DNA of 64,000 nt from Methanobacteriota archaeon (lineage in GTDB: Archaea > Halobacteriota > Bog-38 > Methanoflorentales > Methanoflorentaceae). The notes beneath the pieces are model-generated. The model worked only from the letters and a program-made list of their open reading frames with translations, did no database searches and was not told the DNA's origin. Both the position numbers and the translations under genes were made by a program. The stretch covers positions 1,056,001 to 1,120,000 of the forward strand of contig OY970393.1 of assembly GCA_963720465.1 (NCBI GenBank). Reading direction: 5' to 3'. Position 1 is the stretch's first letter; each line of letters opens with the position of its first letter. Below, in pieces: positions 10,459 through 22,099 of this stretch.

Positions 10459-11052
10459 CTAAAACTGATGATAAACGAGATAGAATCGTTGCAGCGCTGT
10501 GAAATTGCTCGCCAAGGCCACAAAAACCATCATCCAGCCGAGCAACGGGAACCAGATGATGTTTTCCGGGAATATGAGGCTGAGCAAAGCGACAAAGAAG
10601 ATGAGGACGAGCCTGTCTGCTCTCCCGAGCAAGCCCCGATAATTCCGGCCGACGCCAAGTGCTTGGGCTTGGGTTCCAAGGTAACTCGTCATGAGAACGC
10701 CTACAATCGCGAGCAGCCCAATCTGCCAAGCGACGTACCCACCGAGCGTAATACCGCCGAATATGAAAATATCGGCATAGCGGTCAACGACGTGGTCGAT
10801 TAGGTCACCTTGCAACGATTCGCTGCTAGAACTTCGCGCTAGACACCCATCTAATGCGTCAAAGAGTGCATTGCAGGCAAGTGCCAATATCGCCACTGGA
10901 AGCAGTTGCGCGTAGAACGCGACGCCGGCGACGACTGCAGAAACGAGGGATAGAGCGCTCAGCTGGTTTGCACTTACGCCGCGCTTGTAAAGCGCTAGCG
11001 CGATCGGATTTAAAATCCGCCCCATTCTTCCGCGGTATGTGTCAAGCGTCAT
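10459..11052 (-). CDS. CDP-alcohol phosphatidyltransferase (archaetidylinositol-phosphate synthase-like)
   Basis: DALDGCLAR...GDLIDHVVDRYAD signature; hydrophobic. Confidence 0.88.
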   Translation of the reverse strand: MTLDTYRGRMGRILNPIALALYKRGVSANQLSALSLVSAVVAGVAFYAQLLPVAILALACNALFDALDGCLARSSSSESLQGDLIDHVVDRYADIFIFGGITLGGYVAWQIGLLAIVGVLMTSYLGTQAQALGVGRNYRGLLGRADRLVLIFFVALLSLIFPENIIWFPLLGWMMVFVALASNFTALQRFYLVYHQF

Positions 11053-11560
11053 TCAAATAGGCAGTCCAGTCACATTGACCAGCGGCGAATCGCTGGAGCC
11101 AGTGTCCTTGTATGATTTCCCAGACGACTTGCGCTGATTCACTCAGCGTACCTGTCGAATCTACTTCGTACACATTGTTACCGTGCCGTGCGACGGCCTC
11201 AACCAGGATGACATCAAGGATTTCCGCTTCTACGTTTTCCTGTATCTTTTTGTCTGAAAAAGCCTTCTTCTGGAGGCGCCTGCGAAGCGCGACCGGATTG
11301 GTCCGGAGGACGATAACACGGTCGACCGAGAGGTTATGGGAGAGGTGCCCCTCAAGCACGAGATCTTCTGAAAACGGGTGCGCTCTCAGTGCCTTGAGAT
11401 CAACTACTAGACAGTCACGGTTTTCGTCCCACTCTGCGTAGTACTGGTGAACGCGAATCACTTCGTTTAAGTCCACCACCTTGAGGCCATAGCGGTCGCG
11501 GAGAATCTTGCCAATTGTGGTTTTGCCGGTGCCGGGAGTTCCTGTGAGAGCAATTTTCAT
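11042..11560 (-). CDS. Adenylate kinase, AK6/Fap7 type
   Basis: GTPGTGKTT, EGHLSH, ENVEAE. Confidence 0.85.
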   Translation of the reverse strand: MKIALTGTPGTGKTTIGKILRDRYGLKVVDLNEVIRVHQYYAEWDENRDCLVVDLKALRAHPFSEDLVLEGHLSHNLSVDRVIVLRTNPVALRRRLQKKAFSDKKIQENVEAEILDVILVEAVARHGNNVYEVDSTGTLSESAQVVWEIIQGHWLQRFAAGQCDWTAYLNDA

Positions 11561-11575
11561 AGGTCAACAAAGAAG

Positions 11576-12646
11576 TCAGGTTGTGGACACAAATTCGTTG
11601 ATGGCACCGAGAAGCATTGCATTTTGCCACGGCTGGCCGACGGTAATTCGAATGTGGGTATTGGAGCATCCACGAAACGTCTCGCAGCTTCGAACGATTA
11701 TGCCTTTACTTAGCAGGTATTCCGATACTTCGCGCGAAGTGTGTGGCGCGGTGTCAACGAAGACAAAGTTTGCTTCCGTAGAGTACGTCTTGAAGGGGAG
11801 CTTGTCGTGTAGGTACTTCCGTCCATGCGCTACCATCGACACGGTCTTTTCCAGAAAATCGCGATCTGAAAGTGCTGCAATACCCCCCTTGACAGCCAAT
11901 TGATTCACGGGAAAGGGAAGCATGCGTCTCTCGTACAAACGTGCTAGCCCCTCTGCAACCACCGCATAGCCGAGGCGCAGCCCGGCCAATCCAAAAGCTT
12001 TTGAAAAGGTTCTAGAGACCATCAGGTTATCAAAGTGATGTACGAGCTCAATGTGGCTTTGCGATGCAAATTCAGCGTAGGCTTCGTCCAGCACGACTAG
12101 CGCTTCTGTCGATCGTAGCAAGCGCCTCAGCGCTTCTTTCTTGATTGCGTTTCCTGTCGGATTATTGGGAGCGCAGATGAAGATTAGCTTGGTTCTGTTG
12201 GTGATTGCCTCGATTACACCCTCGACGTCGATTGAAAAATCGTCCGAACGCTGGACGTAGACGCACGCGCCGTGTCCCGCCTCCACGATTATTTCGTAGT
12301 ACGAGTAAGTGGGGATAGGAATAATCGCCTGATCACCGGGCACTACGATGTAGCGCACCAAGGTGTTGAGGAGATCGTCTGATCCGTTGCCGACAATGAC
12401 GCGCTCCGCTGAAACTCCGGTGTAGCGCGCGATGGCGTCCTTGAGCTCGACGTACCCAGGAGGGGGATAGACGCTTATTTCGTCGATGTGATGTTTAATC
12501 GCTTCAACTGCTTGTGGGCTCGGTCCCAAGGCGTTTTCGTTTGATCCGAGTTTGATCACCTGATCAGGACTGATGCCATAAGCTTGCGCTACGTCTTCGG
12601 CAGACTTACCTGGAATATACGTTGATGGCACGTTCAACCACTGCAA
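11576..12646 (-). CDS. hisC: Histidinol-phosphate aminotransferase (start may be GTG 12631)
   Basis: KLGSNEN, PNNPTG, DEAY, RTFSKAFGLAGLRLGY. Confidence 0.9.
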   Translation of the reverse strand: MQWLNVPSTYIPGKSAEDVAQAYGISPDQVIKLGSNENALGPSPQAVEAIKHHIDEISVYPPPGYVELKDAIARYTGVSAERVIVGNGSDDLLNTLVRYIVVPGDQAIIPIPTYSYYEIIVEAGHGACVYVQRSDDFSIDVEGVIEAITNRTKLIFICAPNNPTGNAIKKEALRRLLRSTEALVVLDEAYAEFASQSHIELVHHFDNLMVSRTFSKAFGLAGLRLGYAVVAEGLARLYERRMLPFPVNQLAVKGGIAALSDRDFLEKTVSMVAHGRKYLHDKLPFKTYSTEANFVFVDTAPHTSREVSEYLLSKGIIVRSCETFRGCSNTHIRITVGQPWQNAMLLGAINEFVSTT

Positions 12647-13790
12647 TAGCCGTTGTAATTTGCTCTTTTGTGATCACCAGAGGGGGCACGAACCTTAACA
12701 CTTTTTCTGATGTGTTATTCAGCAGTACGCCGTTCACTCGGGCATAGTCGACGATAGGAGGTACCGGAAGCGACGACTCATAGGCGACCATAAGTCCTTT
12801 ACCTCGTATATCAACAGTATAGGTCGATTCGAGCTCACCTAGCAGTTTTTTGAGCAACTCGCCCTTATATCGTGACTGCTCGACGAGAGATTCGCTTTCG
12901 ATCACGTCGATCGTAGCCAGAGCCGCAGCGCACGCAAGTGGATTACCACTCTGCGTCCCCCCGTGATCGCCTGGAGCGAACTTGTATGGCTCACGTGACA
13001 TCATAGCGCCAACGGGAAAACCGCCACCCATACCCTTAGCCAAGGTCATCACGTCCGGAACGACGCCAGCATGCTCGCACGCGAACCATTTTCCTGTCCT
13101 CCCGAAGCCGGTTTGCACCTCGTCCGCGATCATTAGTATACCCCGGTCTGTGCAGAGCTCGCGGACCCCTGCGAGGTATTCGTCTGGAGGCACGATAACC
13201 CCACCTTCTCCTTGAATCGGTTCCACGATGACAGCAGCGGTATCCGCCGTGACCGCTCGGGCGATTGCGTTCACGTCTCCATAATCGACAAAGGTGACCC
13301 CATCAATAAGGGGCTCAAACGGTTTTCGGATTGCCTCTTTCCACGTTACGCTGAGTGAGCCCATAGTGCGTCCGTGGAATGCGTTTTTAGTCGAAATGAA
13401 GCCTTTCTTACCGGTTACCTTCCTCACGAGCTTCATCGCGGCTTCGTTTGATTCAGCTCCGGAGTTCGTAAGGTAGAGGCGCTCCATCCCCGTCAGCTTT
13501 GCCATGCGCTCGGCTAAGCGCGCTTGGAGTTCGGTATAGTATAAATTTGAGGTGTGGATGAGCTTCTCTGCTTGCACCTTCATGGCGCTGACCAAGCGCG
13601 GATGGCAGTGTCCGATACTATTGACGGCGATTCCTGCGACGCAGTCTATATAGTCATTACCGTCGGTATCTGTAACGATCGCGCCTGTGCCGCGTTCAAT
13701 CACTAGCGGTTGACGCGAGAACACCGGCATATAGTGCTGCGATTCTTGGGCTACTACCTTTTCTTTTTCGGGTACGCGCATTTCTTTCAC
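12606..13790 (-). CDS. argD: Acetylornithine aminotransferase
   Basis: [34 protein letters not shown]; class III PLP aminotransferase. Confidence 0.87.
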   Translation of the reverse strand: MKEMRVPEKEKVVAQESQHYMPVFSRQPLVIERGTGAIVTDTDGNDYIDCVAGIAVNSIGHCHPRLVSAMKVQAEKLIHTSNLYYTELQARLAERMAKLTGMERLYLTNSGAESNEAAMKLVRKVTGKKGFISTKNAFHGRTMGSLSVTWKEAIRKPFEPLIDGVTFVDYGDVNAIARAVTADTAAVIVEPIQGEGGVIVPPDEYLAGVRELCTDRGILMIADEVQTGFGRTGKWFACEHAGVVPDVMTLAKGMGGGFPVGAMMSREPYKFAPGDHGGTQSGNPLACAAALATIDVIESESLVEQSRYKGELLKKLLGELESTYTVDIRGKGLMVAYESSLPVPPIVDYARVNGVLLNNTSEKVLRFVPPLVITKEQITTAIAVVERAINVYSR

Positions 13791-13864
13791 GTCCTATAGT
13801 TCCGCGTAAGTCCTTGCCTCGTGCACTTTAGAGAGACCATTCTTCCGCACGCGACGTCGCGCAT

Positions 13865-14779
13865 CTATTCAAATTCGATGGTGGCAGGCGGCTTCGGCGT
13901 AATGTCGTAGACCACGCGCGCGACGTCCGGGATTTCGCTCGTGATACGCGAAGCAATTCTACGAAGTACGTCATAAGACATTTCAAGCACGTCGGCAGTC
14001 ATGCCGTCTCGCGACTGCACAGCACGCACTGCGATTATCCAGCCGTGCAAACGCACGTCGCCCTTTACACCGGTTCCTTTCTCTAAAAGCGCCGCGAAAG
14101 TCTGCCACGGTTTGTACCTCAAGACCTCTTGCTCGACAATTGCGTTCGCCTCGCGGATAACGTGGACTTTTTCCTCGGTCACCTCGCCGATAATGCGCAC
14201 CGCGAGCCCAGGTCCCGGAAACGGCATGCGCTCACTGAGCTCAGGTGGCAACTCAAGGGCCCGCGCGATTTCGCGGACTTCGTCCTTGTACAGGTACCTA
14301 AGGGGCTCAACGACCCCGTTGAACGCAATCTCCGAAGGGAGGCCGCCGACGTTGTGGTGCGACTTGATCTGCCCCTCAGATTCGATAATGTCTGGATAGA
14401 TCGTACCTTGTACCAAGTAATCTACTTGGTTCCGCCTCGCCACTTCCTCGAATATGCGGATAAATATCTCGCCTGTTATTTTTCGCTTCTCTTCGGGATC
14501 CGCAACTCCGCCGAGCGCATTAATAAATCGTGCCTTTGCATCGATTATCGTCAACGGCATGTGACGAAAAGCCCTCTTGATGTTTTCAGTTTCACCCTTG
14601 CGCATCAGTCCTGTGTCCACGTACACAGGATACAGGTTAGCCCCCAGCGCCTGGTACGCAAGCGCTGCGCAAACTGAACTATCGACGCCGCCAGAGAGAG
14701 CGATGATCGCTCGATGATTCCCCACGTCTCTCTTGATCTCTGCGATTGCTCCCTCAATAAATTCCTGACTATTTACCAT
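13865..14779 (-). CDS. guaAB: GMP synthase subunit B
   Basis: [33 protein letters not shown]. Confidence 0.95.
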   Translation of the reverse strand: MVNSQEFIEGAIAEIKRDVGNHRAIIALSGGVDSSVCAALAYQALGANLYPVYVDTGLMRKGETENIKRAFRHMPLTIIDAKARFINALGGVADPEEKRKITGEIFIRIFEEVARRNQVDYLVQGTIYPDIIESEGQIKSHHNVGGLPSEIAFNGVVEPLRYLYKDEVREIARALELPPELSERMPFPGPGLAVRIIGEVTEEKVHVIREANAIVEQEVLRYKPWQTFAALLEKGTGVKGDVRLHGWIIAVRAVQSRDGMTADVLEMSYDVLRRIASRITSEIPDVARVVYDITPKPPATIEFE

Positions 14780-14829
14780 AAGCCCAATCGTTTCTTCTGT
14801 TCAACGTTCAGCTGCGCTGTCATGTGTGA

Positions 14830-16389
14830 TCATGTGCTCGTGTTCATGCGGAGTACTGATCGCACAAATTCAAGAAACGGCGGTGACGGCCTGCCCGGCC
14901 GTGACTTAAACTCCGGGTGGAACTGCGTCCCCAAGAAGAATCTCTTCGTCGGAATCTCTGCAATCTCCATTCGGACGCCGTCTCGAGCTTTCCCTGAAAA
15001 CACCATTCCGTTTTGCTCAATGCGCTCGATGTACTCTGGATTCACTTCGAACCGATGTCTGTGCCGCTCGGTCACGAGCGCACGTTTGTACATCGCATGC
15101 GCGCGCGTCCCAGGCGAGAGAACGATTTCGTAGTTGCCCAGTCGCATGGCGCCCCCCATGTGATCGACGTCAAGTTGTTCGGGCAGTACATCGATGACGT
15201 GGACGCCGGTGGGATCCAGCTCAGCGCTCGTTGCGTCGAGCCCCAAAACGTTACGACAAAACTCGACGATGGCCAATTGGAAGCCAAAACAGATTCCTAA
15301 GAAGGGGATGTCATTCTCGCGCGCGAAACGAATAGCATCGATCTTCCCCTCACTTCCTCGAGGGCCAAACCCGTGTGCGACCAAAATACCATGCACCGCC
15401 GTCAGCGTCTCCAGCGCGTGCGGGTCTTCTGCATCAACGAGCTTGACGTCAATGCCTCCTCCGAGAGCGCTTGCAGCGTGCTTGATGGCCTCTTTGATGC
15501 TGAAGTACGCATCTTCAAACATATATTTGCCGACGATGGCAATTGATCGCGAAATAGGCGGGTTTTTCATCACATCCCAGGGGCTAGCAGCTTTCCTTTC
15601 AAGGGCGAGTTTCTCCACGAGGTAGTCGCCTAAGCCCTCAAGCTCAAGCAGCGAAGGCACCTGGTAGATGTCAGGCACGTCATACGCACTGATTACCGCG
15701 TTTAGTGGCACATCGCAGAAGAGCGAGATCTTGGCGCGAGCGTCTTTGCCCAGCGGTGTTTTACCTCGGCCAACTATCACGTCAGGACTGAGTCCAAGCT
15801 CTCTTAGGCTCTTTACCGAGTGCTGGGTCGGCTTCGTTTTGTGATCGCCGGTCATATCCTCCGGCACGAGCGTTACGTGGAGCAGGACGAAGTAATCTTC
15901 TTCGCCGTGCATTTGTCGCACGGCTTCCAAGAATGGCATGCTCTCGATGTCGCCGACGGTACCACCCACCTCCACGACGCATACATCAGCCTTGGCCTGG
16001 TCGGCCACGGTCCTGATGCTGTTCTTTATTTCATCAGTTATGTGAGGAATAATCTGAACGGTCTTTCCCAAATAGTCCCCTCGCCGCTCTTTTTCGATGA
16101 CCGACTTATAGATCTTACCTGTGGTAATATTGTGATCACCTGTGAGTTCAACGTCGAGGAACCGTTCGTAGTTTCCCAGATCGAGATCAACTTCAGCTCC
16201 GTCTTTGAGGACGAATACCTCTCCGTGTTGGAAGGGATTCATAGTTCCGGCGTCGATATTTATGTATGGGTCAATCTTGATCGCCGTTACGTTGTGTCCG
16301 CGGTTGATCAGAAGTCTGCCAGCTGAGGCGGCCGTGATGCCCTTACCGAGGCCACTCATGACCCCGCCAGTGACGACAACATATCGCAT
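14830..16389 (-). CDS. pyrG: CTP synthase
   Basis: [47 protein letters not shown]; start set to ATG 16389. Confidence 0.96.
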   Translation of the reverse strand: MRYVVVTGGVMSGLGKGITAASAGRLLINRGHNVTAIKIDPYINIDAGTMNPFQHGEVFVLKDGAEVDLDLGNYERFLDVELTGDHNITTGKIYKSVIEKERRGDYLGKTVQIIPHITDEIKNSIRTVADQAKADVCVVEVGGTVGDIESMPFLEAVRQMHGEEDYFVLLHVTLVPEDMTGDHKTKPTQHSVKSLRELGLSPDVIVGRGKTPLGKDARAKISLFCDVPLNAVISAYDVPDIYQVPSLLELEGLGDYLVEKLALERKAASPWDVMKNPPISRSIAIVGKYMFEDAYFSIKEAIKHAASALGGGIDVKLVDAEDPHALETLTAVHGILVAHGFGPRGSEGKIDAIRFARENDIPFLGICFGFQLAIVEFCRNVLGLDATSAELDPTGVHVIDVLPEQLDVDHMGGAMRLGNYEIVLSPGTRAHAMYKRALVTERHRHRFEVNPEYIERIEQNGMVFSGKARDGVRMEIAEIPTKRFFLGTQFHPEFKSRPGRPSPPFLEFVRSVLRMNTST

Positions 16390-16569
16390 CCTTCTAGTCC
16401 TCCACAATGCCATTAATGATGTTATCGTTATAATACGCTGCCAAAAAGCTATTTATACTCTAGACTAAGGCGCAGCCTGATTTCAGAATTCTCTTCCCGA
16501 CACAGCAAATAACATAATAACAGCGCGCCCATTGGGGGCGCAGCGTAATGTGGCCTCCGTTTGCGCCTT

Positions 16570-17202
16570 TCAGTCTAATAATCTCCACGTGTAATACGCC
16601 AAAACAACCACGACGATAAAGCCAAGGATCGCCACGCCGTAGCTGATGCCGCCTGCGGCTAACAATATCAGCGCAATGATCACGCCAATCGCAAGGAGAA
16701 TGTAGGGAAGATTCCTCATTCTTCTGATTCTCATTGCGTCTACGCGAAGATGCGGCAACTGAAGCTGCATTGAAGGTCGCAAAACCCTAGCAGGTCGCGC
16801 GTTGCTCCGATAATCCATGCGCGAGAGGGCCTCATCGACCTCAATAGCATCAGGTGGCGGCTCGTTTTCGAGTTGTCCGATTTGCAGAATGAAGCTCTCC
16901 TCCCGTGAACCGTACCCTGTTGAGATGCTTACCTGGCCCTCATAAAGCTCCTGCTGACCAGGGGGATTTGCGACGGTGATGGTAAGCAGTTCTTCGCCAT
17001 CAACGTACGGGTTATTGCGGTTGAAAGTTACTTTGTCTTTGATCGCGCCACGCGATGAGAGGTAAATATGGGTCGGAGCTTCGTAATTGACCACATCGAT
17101 ATCGAGAGTCGCCTTGCCGCCTGGCCTGAGCGGAAGCCGAATTAGGGGTTCCTCGATTTCGATAGATTGCTGCCCCTTCCGGTTTAGGTACACGCTCTGC
17201 AT
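16570..17202 (-). CDS. Conserved archaeal membrane protein (beta-rich N-terminal domain, two C-terminal TM helices)
   Basis: VYLNR..G.QSIE, PTHIYL, STGYG motifs typical of the gene found after Trm112 in Halobacteriota (from memory); C-terminal hydrophobic segments. Confidence 0.65.
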   Translation of the reverse strand: MQSVYLNRKGQQSIEIEEPLIRLPLRPGGKATLDIDVVNYEAPTHIYLSSRGAIKDKVTFNRNNPYVDGEELLTITVANPPGQQELYEGQVSISTGYGSREESFILQIGQLENEPPPDAIEVDEALSRMDYRSNARPARVLRPSMQLQLPHLRVDAMRIRRMRNLPYILLAIGVIIALILLAAGGISYGVAILGFIVVVVLAYYTWRLLD

Positions 17203-17205
17203 AAT

Positions 17206-17385
17206 CTACCTCATCTCAGGCGGAAGCAAGTTGGGGATTCGCTCGTCTATTGGATAGTACACACTGCAAGCCTTACAATAGAGCGTGCCTTTAATAATCT
17301 CTCCCACCTCTTCGCTCTCGACCTCGAGGACGAGCGGGCCTTTGCAGACAGGACAGCACAATATTTTCAGTAACTCCCGTTTCAT
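17206..17385 (-). CDS. trm112: Methyltransferase activator Trm112
   Basis: Manual translation (59 aa, below ORF cutoff): MKRELLKILCCPVCKGPLVLEVESEEVGEIIKGTLYCKACSVYYPIDERIPNLLPPEMR. Confidence 0.92.
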   Translation of the reverse strand: MKRELLKILCCPVCKGPLVLEVESEEVGEIIKGTLYCKACSVYYPIDERIPNLLPPEMR

Positions 17386-17415
17386 GTCAATCGCTTATTC
17401 GGGCGCCGCCCATAA

Positions 17416-18438
17416 TCATGCGCGTTCGAGTTTCTCCTCTCTTAAATCAACTATTTCTTTTAGCTCTGGCCCAGTCGAAAGCAGTGTAAACGGAACGCCC
17501 ACTGCCGTTTCAGCTTCGTGCAGGAACGTCTTCACTTTTGTGGACAACTCATCGTACTGGTTCGCTCCCTTAACGGATGGATCAAGCTTGTCCAGCCCGG
17601 TTATCGCCACCTGCGTAGCGCCGTTTATCATAGCAGAGTATTTCGCCATGGTGGGGTCCCACCAGCCGATGCGCCGTTGCCGGCCGGTAACGGTACCAAA
17701 TTCCTCAATGTCTAACTTTTTTGCCTCGTCCTCGCTCATTTGTGTTTCAAAGGGCCCCGCTCCGACGCGTGTCGGAAATGTCTTGAAGACCACGATTGTC
17801 TCGGTTATACGCGTCGGTCCGACGCCGACATCGGCAGCAATTTGAGAGGCTGTCGTATCTTTTGATGTTACATAGGGAAACGTCCCGTAGAAAAGAGAGA
17901 TTCCAAATCCCTGCGAACCCTCTAAAATCACATTTTTCGCCGCCTCAAGCGCCTCGTTTACTTCAGCCGCAGCATCCGTCAAAAAAGGCGAGAGTTCAGC
18001 TATCTCTCGTGCTTGTGCCGTTGTCCTTTTTGCTCGATCAGCTGCGGCCGGGCCACAGCCAGTTCCGGTTGACCCAATCGTTTGTGAAAGGTACGGATCC
18101 TGCTTATCTGTTTCGATGTGTTTTGTTTCGATTATCGCGCAGCGATAATCCACACCAACTCGATCTGTCACCTTGAGCGCTCCCGCTTCGCTAAGGAGCA
18201 CGCGTGGATCAACCAGCACGCCTGCGCCGATGAGCAGTCGCGCGTCCGGATAAACGAAGCCGGAGGGTATCATGCGCACGCCGAACTTTCGTCCACCTAC
18301 CTCGATTGTGTGCCCTGCATTGGGGCCAACTCCGCCGCGGGCAATAATCGCGGGCTTGTCAGCAAACGCGACGTGCGCGACGATCTTACCTTTTCCTTCG
18401 TCTCCAAAGAACCCGCCGACGATTATGGTGGACACCAT
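17416..18438 (-). CDS. purA: Adenylosuccinate synthetase (short archaeal type)
   Basis: [34 protein letters not shown]. Confidence 0.95.
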   Translation of the reverse strand: MVSTIIVGGFFGDEGKGKIVAHVAFADKPAIIARGGVGPNAGHTIEVGGRKFGVRMIPSGFVYPDARLLIGAGVLVDPRVLLSEAGALKVTDRVGVDYRCAIIETKHIETDKQDPYLSQTIGSTGTGCGPAAADRAKRTTAQAREIAELSPFLTDAAAEVNEALEAAKNVILEGSQGFGISLFYGTFPYVTSKDTTASQIAADVGVGPTRITETIVVFKTFPTRVGAGPFETQMSEDEAKKLDIEEFGTVTGRQRRIGWWDPTMAKYSAMINGATQVAITGLDKLDPSVKGANQYDELSTKVKTFLHEAETAVGVPFTLLSTGPELKEIVDLREEKLERA

Positions 18439-18644
18439 GCCCAGCACCTCAAATCGATAAAAGGACGTCTATTCGCTTGCTATCGCGCTGTAAATATCTC
18501 AGACATCACAGGTATGCTGTCAACAGTATTGGCTCGCAATATAAAAAAACATGCTTTTGCGCCCGACTTCCTCGCATTGATTCGCAAATGCGCAGCGAAG
18601 CACTAATAACGGAGCATTTCATATTGATTGTAGCAGGTAACAAC

Positions 18645-19871
18645 ATGAAAGCTGATGCTGTTCAAATTGCAGATAACGTCTACTGGGTAGGCGTATTGGA
18701 CTGGGACATACGAGCATATCACGGCTATACGCTGCACGGCACGACGTACAACGCGTATCTCGTCTTCGGTGAGGATCGCACGGCTCTTATAGACAACACG
18801 TACCCAGGCACATCAGCGCAGATGTGGGCACGGATTCGAGATGCGTGCGAAAAGGAGGGGCGACCACTCTCGCTCGACGTGGTCATTCAGAACCATATCG
18901 AGCTCGATCATAGCGGGGCGTTGACCGAGATTCACCGCAAGTTTCCCACCGCGCCCATTTACTGCACCCAAACTGCCGCTAATGGACTGAAAAGGCTTTA
19001 CCCGGCACTCGACCAGATCGAGTTCACGACCGTCAAGACCGGCAGTGAGATTGCGCTCGGCGCGAAAACGTGTACCTTCCTCGAGGCGCCGCTGCTGCAT
19101 TGGCCGGACAGCATGTTCACCTTTCTGAACGAGGACGGCATACTATTTTCAAACGACGCTTTTGGCCAGCACCTCTGCTTGGCGCGACGATACGACTCCG
19201 ACGTCCCAGAATACGTGCTTATGCGAGCCGCACAAAAGTTTTACGCCAATCTCATCACGCCGCTGTCCCAGCTTGTGCTCAAAAAACTCGACGAAGTCGC
19301 TACTCTCGGGTTACTCGAAAAAATACGGATGATAGCCCCTGCTCACGGGCAAATCTGGACCGACCCAAACAAGATTATCAAAGCTTATGCGGCCTGGGCA
19401 ACTGGAACGTCAAAGAGCAAGGCCACGATCGTTTACGACACGATGCATTACTCCACACAAAAGGTGGCCCACGCCCTCGCCGAGGGGCTAATCGCCGGCG
19501 GCGTCGACGTCGCGATGTATTTCCTGCACGCTGACGAGAGAAGCGAGATTGTAACGGATATCCTGGATAGTAAACTCGTCCTATTTGGCGTTCCGACGAT
19601 GCACAACGAACCCTTCCCGAGCATTGGGGACCTGGTCTACTATCTTAAAGGGCTCAGGTTTGACAAAACGGGAGAAAAAAAGCTCGCAATTACCTTCGGC
19701 TCTATGGGGTGGCGAGGCGGCGCTTCCAAGAAGCTTGCTGACGCCGTCGCTGCGTGCGGATTTGAAGTGGTCCAGGACTTAGAAGTGTATTACGTGCCTT
19801 CAGAAAACGAGCTGGTCCAATACTATGAGATAGGTAAACAACTCGCTTCTCGGATAGTGATGGGCGCCTAA
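18645..19871 (+). CDS. fprA: Flavodiiron protein FprA (F420H2 oxidase-like)
   Basis: [38 protein letters not shown], flavodoxin domain YDTMHYST; start at ATG 18645. Confidence 0.92.
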   Translation: MKADAVQIADNVYWVGVLDWDIRAYHGYTLHGTTYNAYLVFGEDRTALIDNTYPGTSAQMWARIRDACEKEGRPLSLDVVIQNHIELDHSGALTEIHRKFPTAPIYCTQTAANGLKRLYPALDQIEFTTVKTGSEIALGAKTCTFLEAPLLHWPDSMFTFLNEDGILFSNDAFGQHLCLARRYDSDVPEYVLMRAAQKFYANLITPLSQLVLKKLDEVATLGLLEKIRMIAPAHGQIWTDPNKIIKAYAAWATGTSKSKATIVYDTMHYSTQKVAHALAEGLIAGGVDVAMYFLHADERSEIVTDILDSKLVLFGVPTMHNEPFPSIGDLVYYLKGLRFDKTGEKKLAITFGSMGWRGGASKKLADAVAACGFEVVQDLEVYYVPSENELVQYYEIGKQLASRIVMGA

Positions 19872-20319
19872 GCTCTTGACGCCCAAAACTGACCAGCCGA
19901 GCCAACTAATTGAACCGCCGACCCGGCTCCGAGACACGCAGACGCGCATGGATACTTTGTGTGAGATTCTGTCCGAAAGTCCAGCACAAATCTCCAGCAA
20001 ATTCAACGCGCTGCGATGAATCCAAGTTCTAGACCTCAGCTTATGCTTTGAAACTGCTTTCAACGGGCGAATTGAACAACGCATCGTCTTCATCAATGCT
20101 GTTGGCTTTACCATGTTCATCGCGTTCAACATTGTTTTTATGGTGTCGCTAGGAAGCGTCGGGTGGGCCACGATGGCGCTTAGCTGGGGACTTCTGAGCG
20201 TGCTCATTTTTGGTATGGTAGGGACTGAGGGATGGATTTCGCAAAAAGCGCACTTTTTAGCTAGGAATAAATAATAAGAGAGCTTTGATTGCAGCAGCGA
20301 CGCAAAATGGTCTAATCGC

Positions 20320-20940
20320 ATGAGATGGCGAAGTTCGACGAAGGTCGTAGGCGTACTTTATGAGGAGCGCGAAAACGCTGAACTTGAGTTACTAGGCGGA
20401 TCACAGATTACGGGTATCACCTATCTTAAAAAAGAATCAGACGACGTCAAGCTCGTAAGCGCTTCAAAATTCGACGTGAATATCCTGCGCGACACGACGG
20501 CTACCGGCGTGCTCTATCGAGATCAAACGGCAGCCGACGTGCAACTGTTGGCGGGGTCAAAGATCGTCGGCGTGCTGTATGAGGAGACGAGCGTGCCCGG
20601 GCTCAAGCTCTTGCGCGTAGCGCATACGGCGCTGAAACTCGTCAGCGGACAAGCGGTCAAGGGCCTCCTTTATCAGCAGCAAGGTGGGCCTGATGTCAAG
20701 CTTTTGAGCGACGTGAGCGATCTTTCGACGGCAGCCGGGGCACTATTGACCGGCGTGCTTCACCAAGAAAGCCAGATGGGCGCTCTGCGTCTAGTCAGCG
20801 GACAAGCGGTCAAGGGCCTCCTTTATCAGCAGCAAGGTGGGCCTGATGTCAAGCTTTTGAGCGACGTGAGCGATCTTTCGACGGCAGCCGGGGGACAGCT
20901 TGTAGGTTTTCTTTATCGTAATGAGGCCCTGAACCAATGA
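20320..20940 (+). CDS. Uncharacterised 21-aa repeat protein A1 (soluble)
   Basis: About 8 units of [IVL]-x-G-[IVL]-x-Y-x-[EQD]; stop overlaps next ATG (ATGA at 20937-20940). Confidence 0.75.
   Translation: MRWRSSTKVVGVLYEERENAELELLGGSQITGITYLKKESDDVKLVSASKFDVNILRDTTATGVLYRDQTAADVQLLAGSKIVGVLYEETSVPGLKLLRVAHTALKLVSGQAVKGLLYQQQGGPDVKLLSDVSDLSTAAGALLTGVLHQESQMGALRLVSGQAVKGLLYQQQGGPDVKLLSDVSDLSTAAGGQLVGFLYRNEALNQ
20641..20893 (+). repeat. 100-bp identical direct repeat within gene A1 (153-bp period)
   Basis: 20641-20740 equals 20794-20893 (gtcagcggacaagcggtc...gcagccgggg). Confidence 0.95.
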
Positions 20941-21815
20941 AACTTCCAGAAGATTCGTCTGTAATCACCGGAGTCCTCTACCAACACAAGGGTTCGACGG
21001 ATACACAGCTCTTAGGCGGGCTTGCGATTGGCGTCAAGTTGTTCGACGGAGTACCGATCAGCGGTTTCACTTACTGCGAAGAGAACTCAATAGAGGACAA
21101 GCTCGTCAGCGGATCGCGGGTTACGGGGATCGTGTGGCGACACGAGACCAGTGTCGATGACCGAATCCTCAGAAGTGCGAAAATAAAAGGCGTGATATTT
21201 CAGAACAAGGAGCAAGCTCACCGCGACGCAGCGCGCGAATCAGCAAACGTCGATGCCGCGCGAGTGATTCCGCGTTCGCCTCAACAAGGGCTCCTGAACG
21301 GGTCGCAGATTGTTGGAATCATCTGTCGCGACAAGAGCACGGGTGAGGAGCAGCTCACGACTGGAGCAAGAGTCGACATGAAGATTCTTAACGGAGCGTC
21401 CATTGCGGGCATCATATATGAAGGACCAGAGGGAGAGAGTATCAAGCACCTGACCGGATCGAACATCACTGGCCTGCTATTTCAGCAGCAGAACTCCAGC
21501 AGCGAAACACTCGTAGGCGATATGGCCATTTTGGGACTCATCTACCAAGAGAAAGACGCCGTTCTTGCAAGACTTGCAAACAGCTCGCAGAACGCCATCT
21601 CGGTGATCGAGACGGTCATTCTCTACATGCTGCTCATTGTTGGCATTTTGGGTCTGCTGGTTCCGGCAGTGAGTAAGCAAACCGATTTCTCACCCTTGAA
21701 TTTCCTCGCGCTTCCATCTGAAGTCTTGACTGCTCTTTTTGTCCTGATGGTGGTTGTTTCTATTATCGTCCTCGTTTACATGAGATACAAACACTCACGC
21801 ACCATCACGAGCTGA
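20937..21815 (+). CDS. Uncharacterised 21-aa repeat protein B1 with C-terminal two-TM anchor
   Basis: 8 repeat units, then IETVILYMLLIVGILGLLVP and VLTALFVLMVVVSIIVLVYMRY. Confidence 0.8.
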   Translation: MKLPEDSSVITGVLYQHKGSTDTQLLGGLAIGVKLFDGVPISGFTYCEENSIEDKLVSGSRVTGIVWRHETSVDDRILRSAKIKGVIFQNKEQAHRDAARESANVDAARVIPRSPQQGLLNGSQIVGIICRDKSTGEEQLTTGARVDMKILNGASIAGIIYEGPEGESIKHLTGSNITGLLFQQQNSSSETLVGDMAILGLIYQEKDAVLARLANSSQNAISVIETVILYMLLIVGILGLLVPAVSKQTDFSPLNFLALPSEVLTALFVLMVVVSIIVLVYMRYKHSRTITS

Positions 21816-21829
21816 GCTGCGGCACCAAC

Positions 21830-22099
21830 CGCGCTTCTTAGCGAGGTTAATAGGGCCCGACTTTTCCGCACGCGCCCCCTCAATCGCGAATCGAACGGGA
21901 GGGTTTCCTCGTCCGCTTGCATTTAATATGTCGTTACGGCGTCAGTCGCGCCGTCAGTTGAGGCCGAATCCACCCCAATCTTCATAGAGATAATTCGGGT
22001 GATCCAGTTAGACTAGGTTGGCTATTTCTTGGCGGTCACCGGCACTTCGTTGAATGTCGGAACAACTGGAGACGAAAGAATGGGAGTCTCGCTCGTCAT
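21830..22099 (-). pseudogene. Degraded GT2 glycosyltransferase N-terminus
   Basis: Across shifting frames: MTSETPILSSPVVPTFNE..AKK / IANLV*LDHPNY / KIGVDSASTDGATDAV; GT2 motifs (PxxNE, VDxxSTDG) with stops and frameshifts. Confidence 0.6.

Noticed and set aside
19948-20274. In-frame TGA (selenocysteine or readthrough) ORF
   Set aside because: No selenoprotein-like context or recognisable SECIS; the upstream part looks non-coding.
19800-20321. 173-aa minus-strand ORF and the many other antisense or overlapping ORFs in the track
   Set aside because: They overlap or oppose well-supported genes and show no motifs; expected shadow ORFs at this GC content.
20641-20893. Diversity-generating retroelement TR/VR pair
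   Set aside because: Copies are identical with no adenine-specific differences, both lie in one ORF, and no reverse transcriptase is present.
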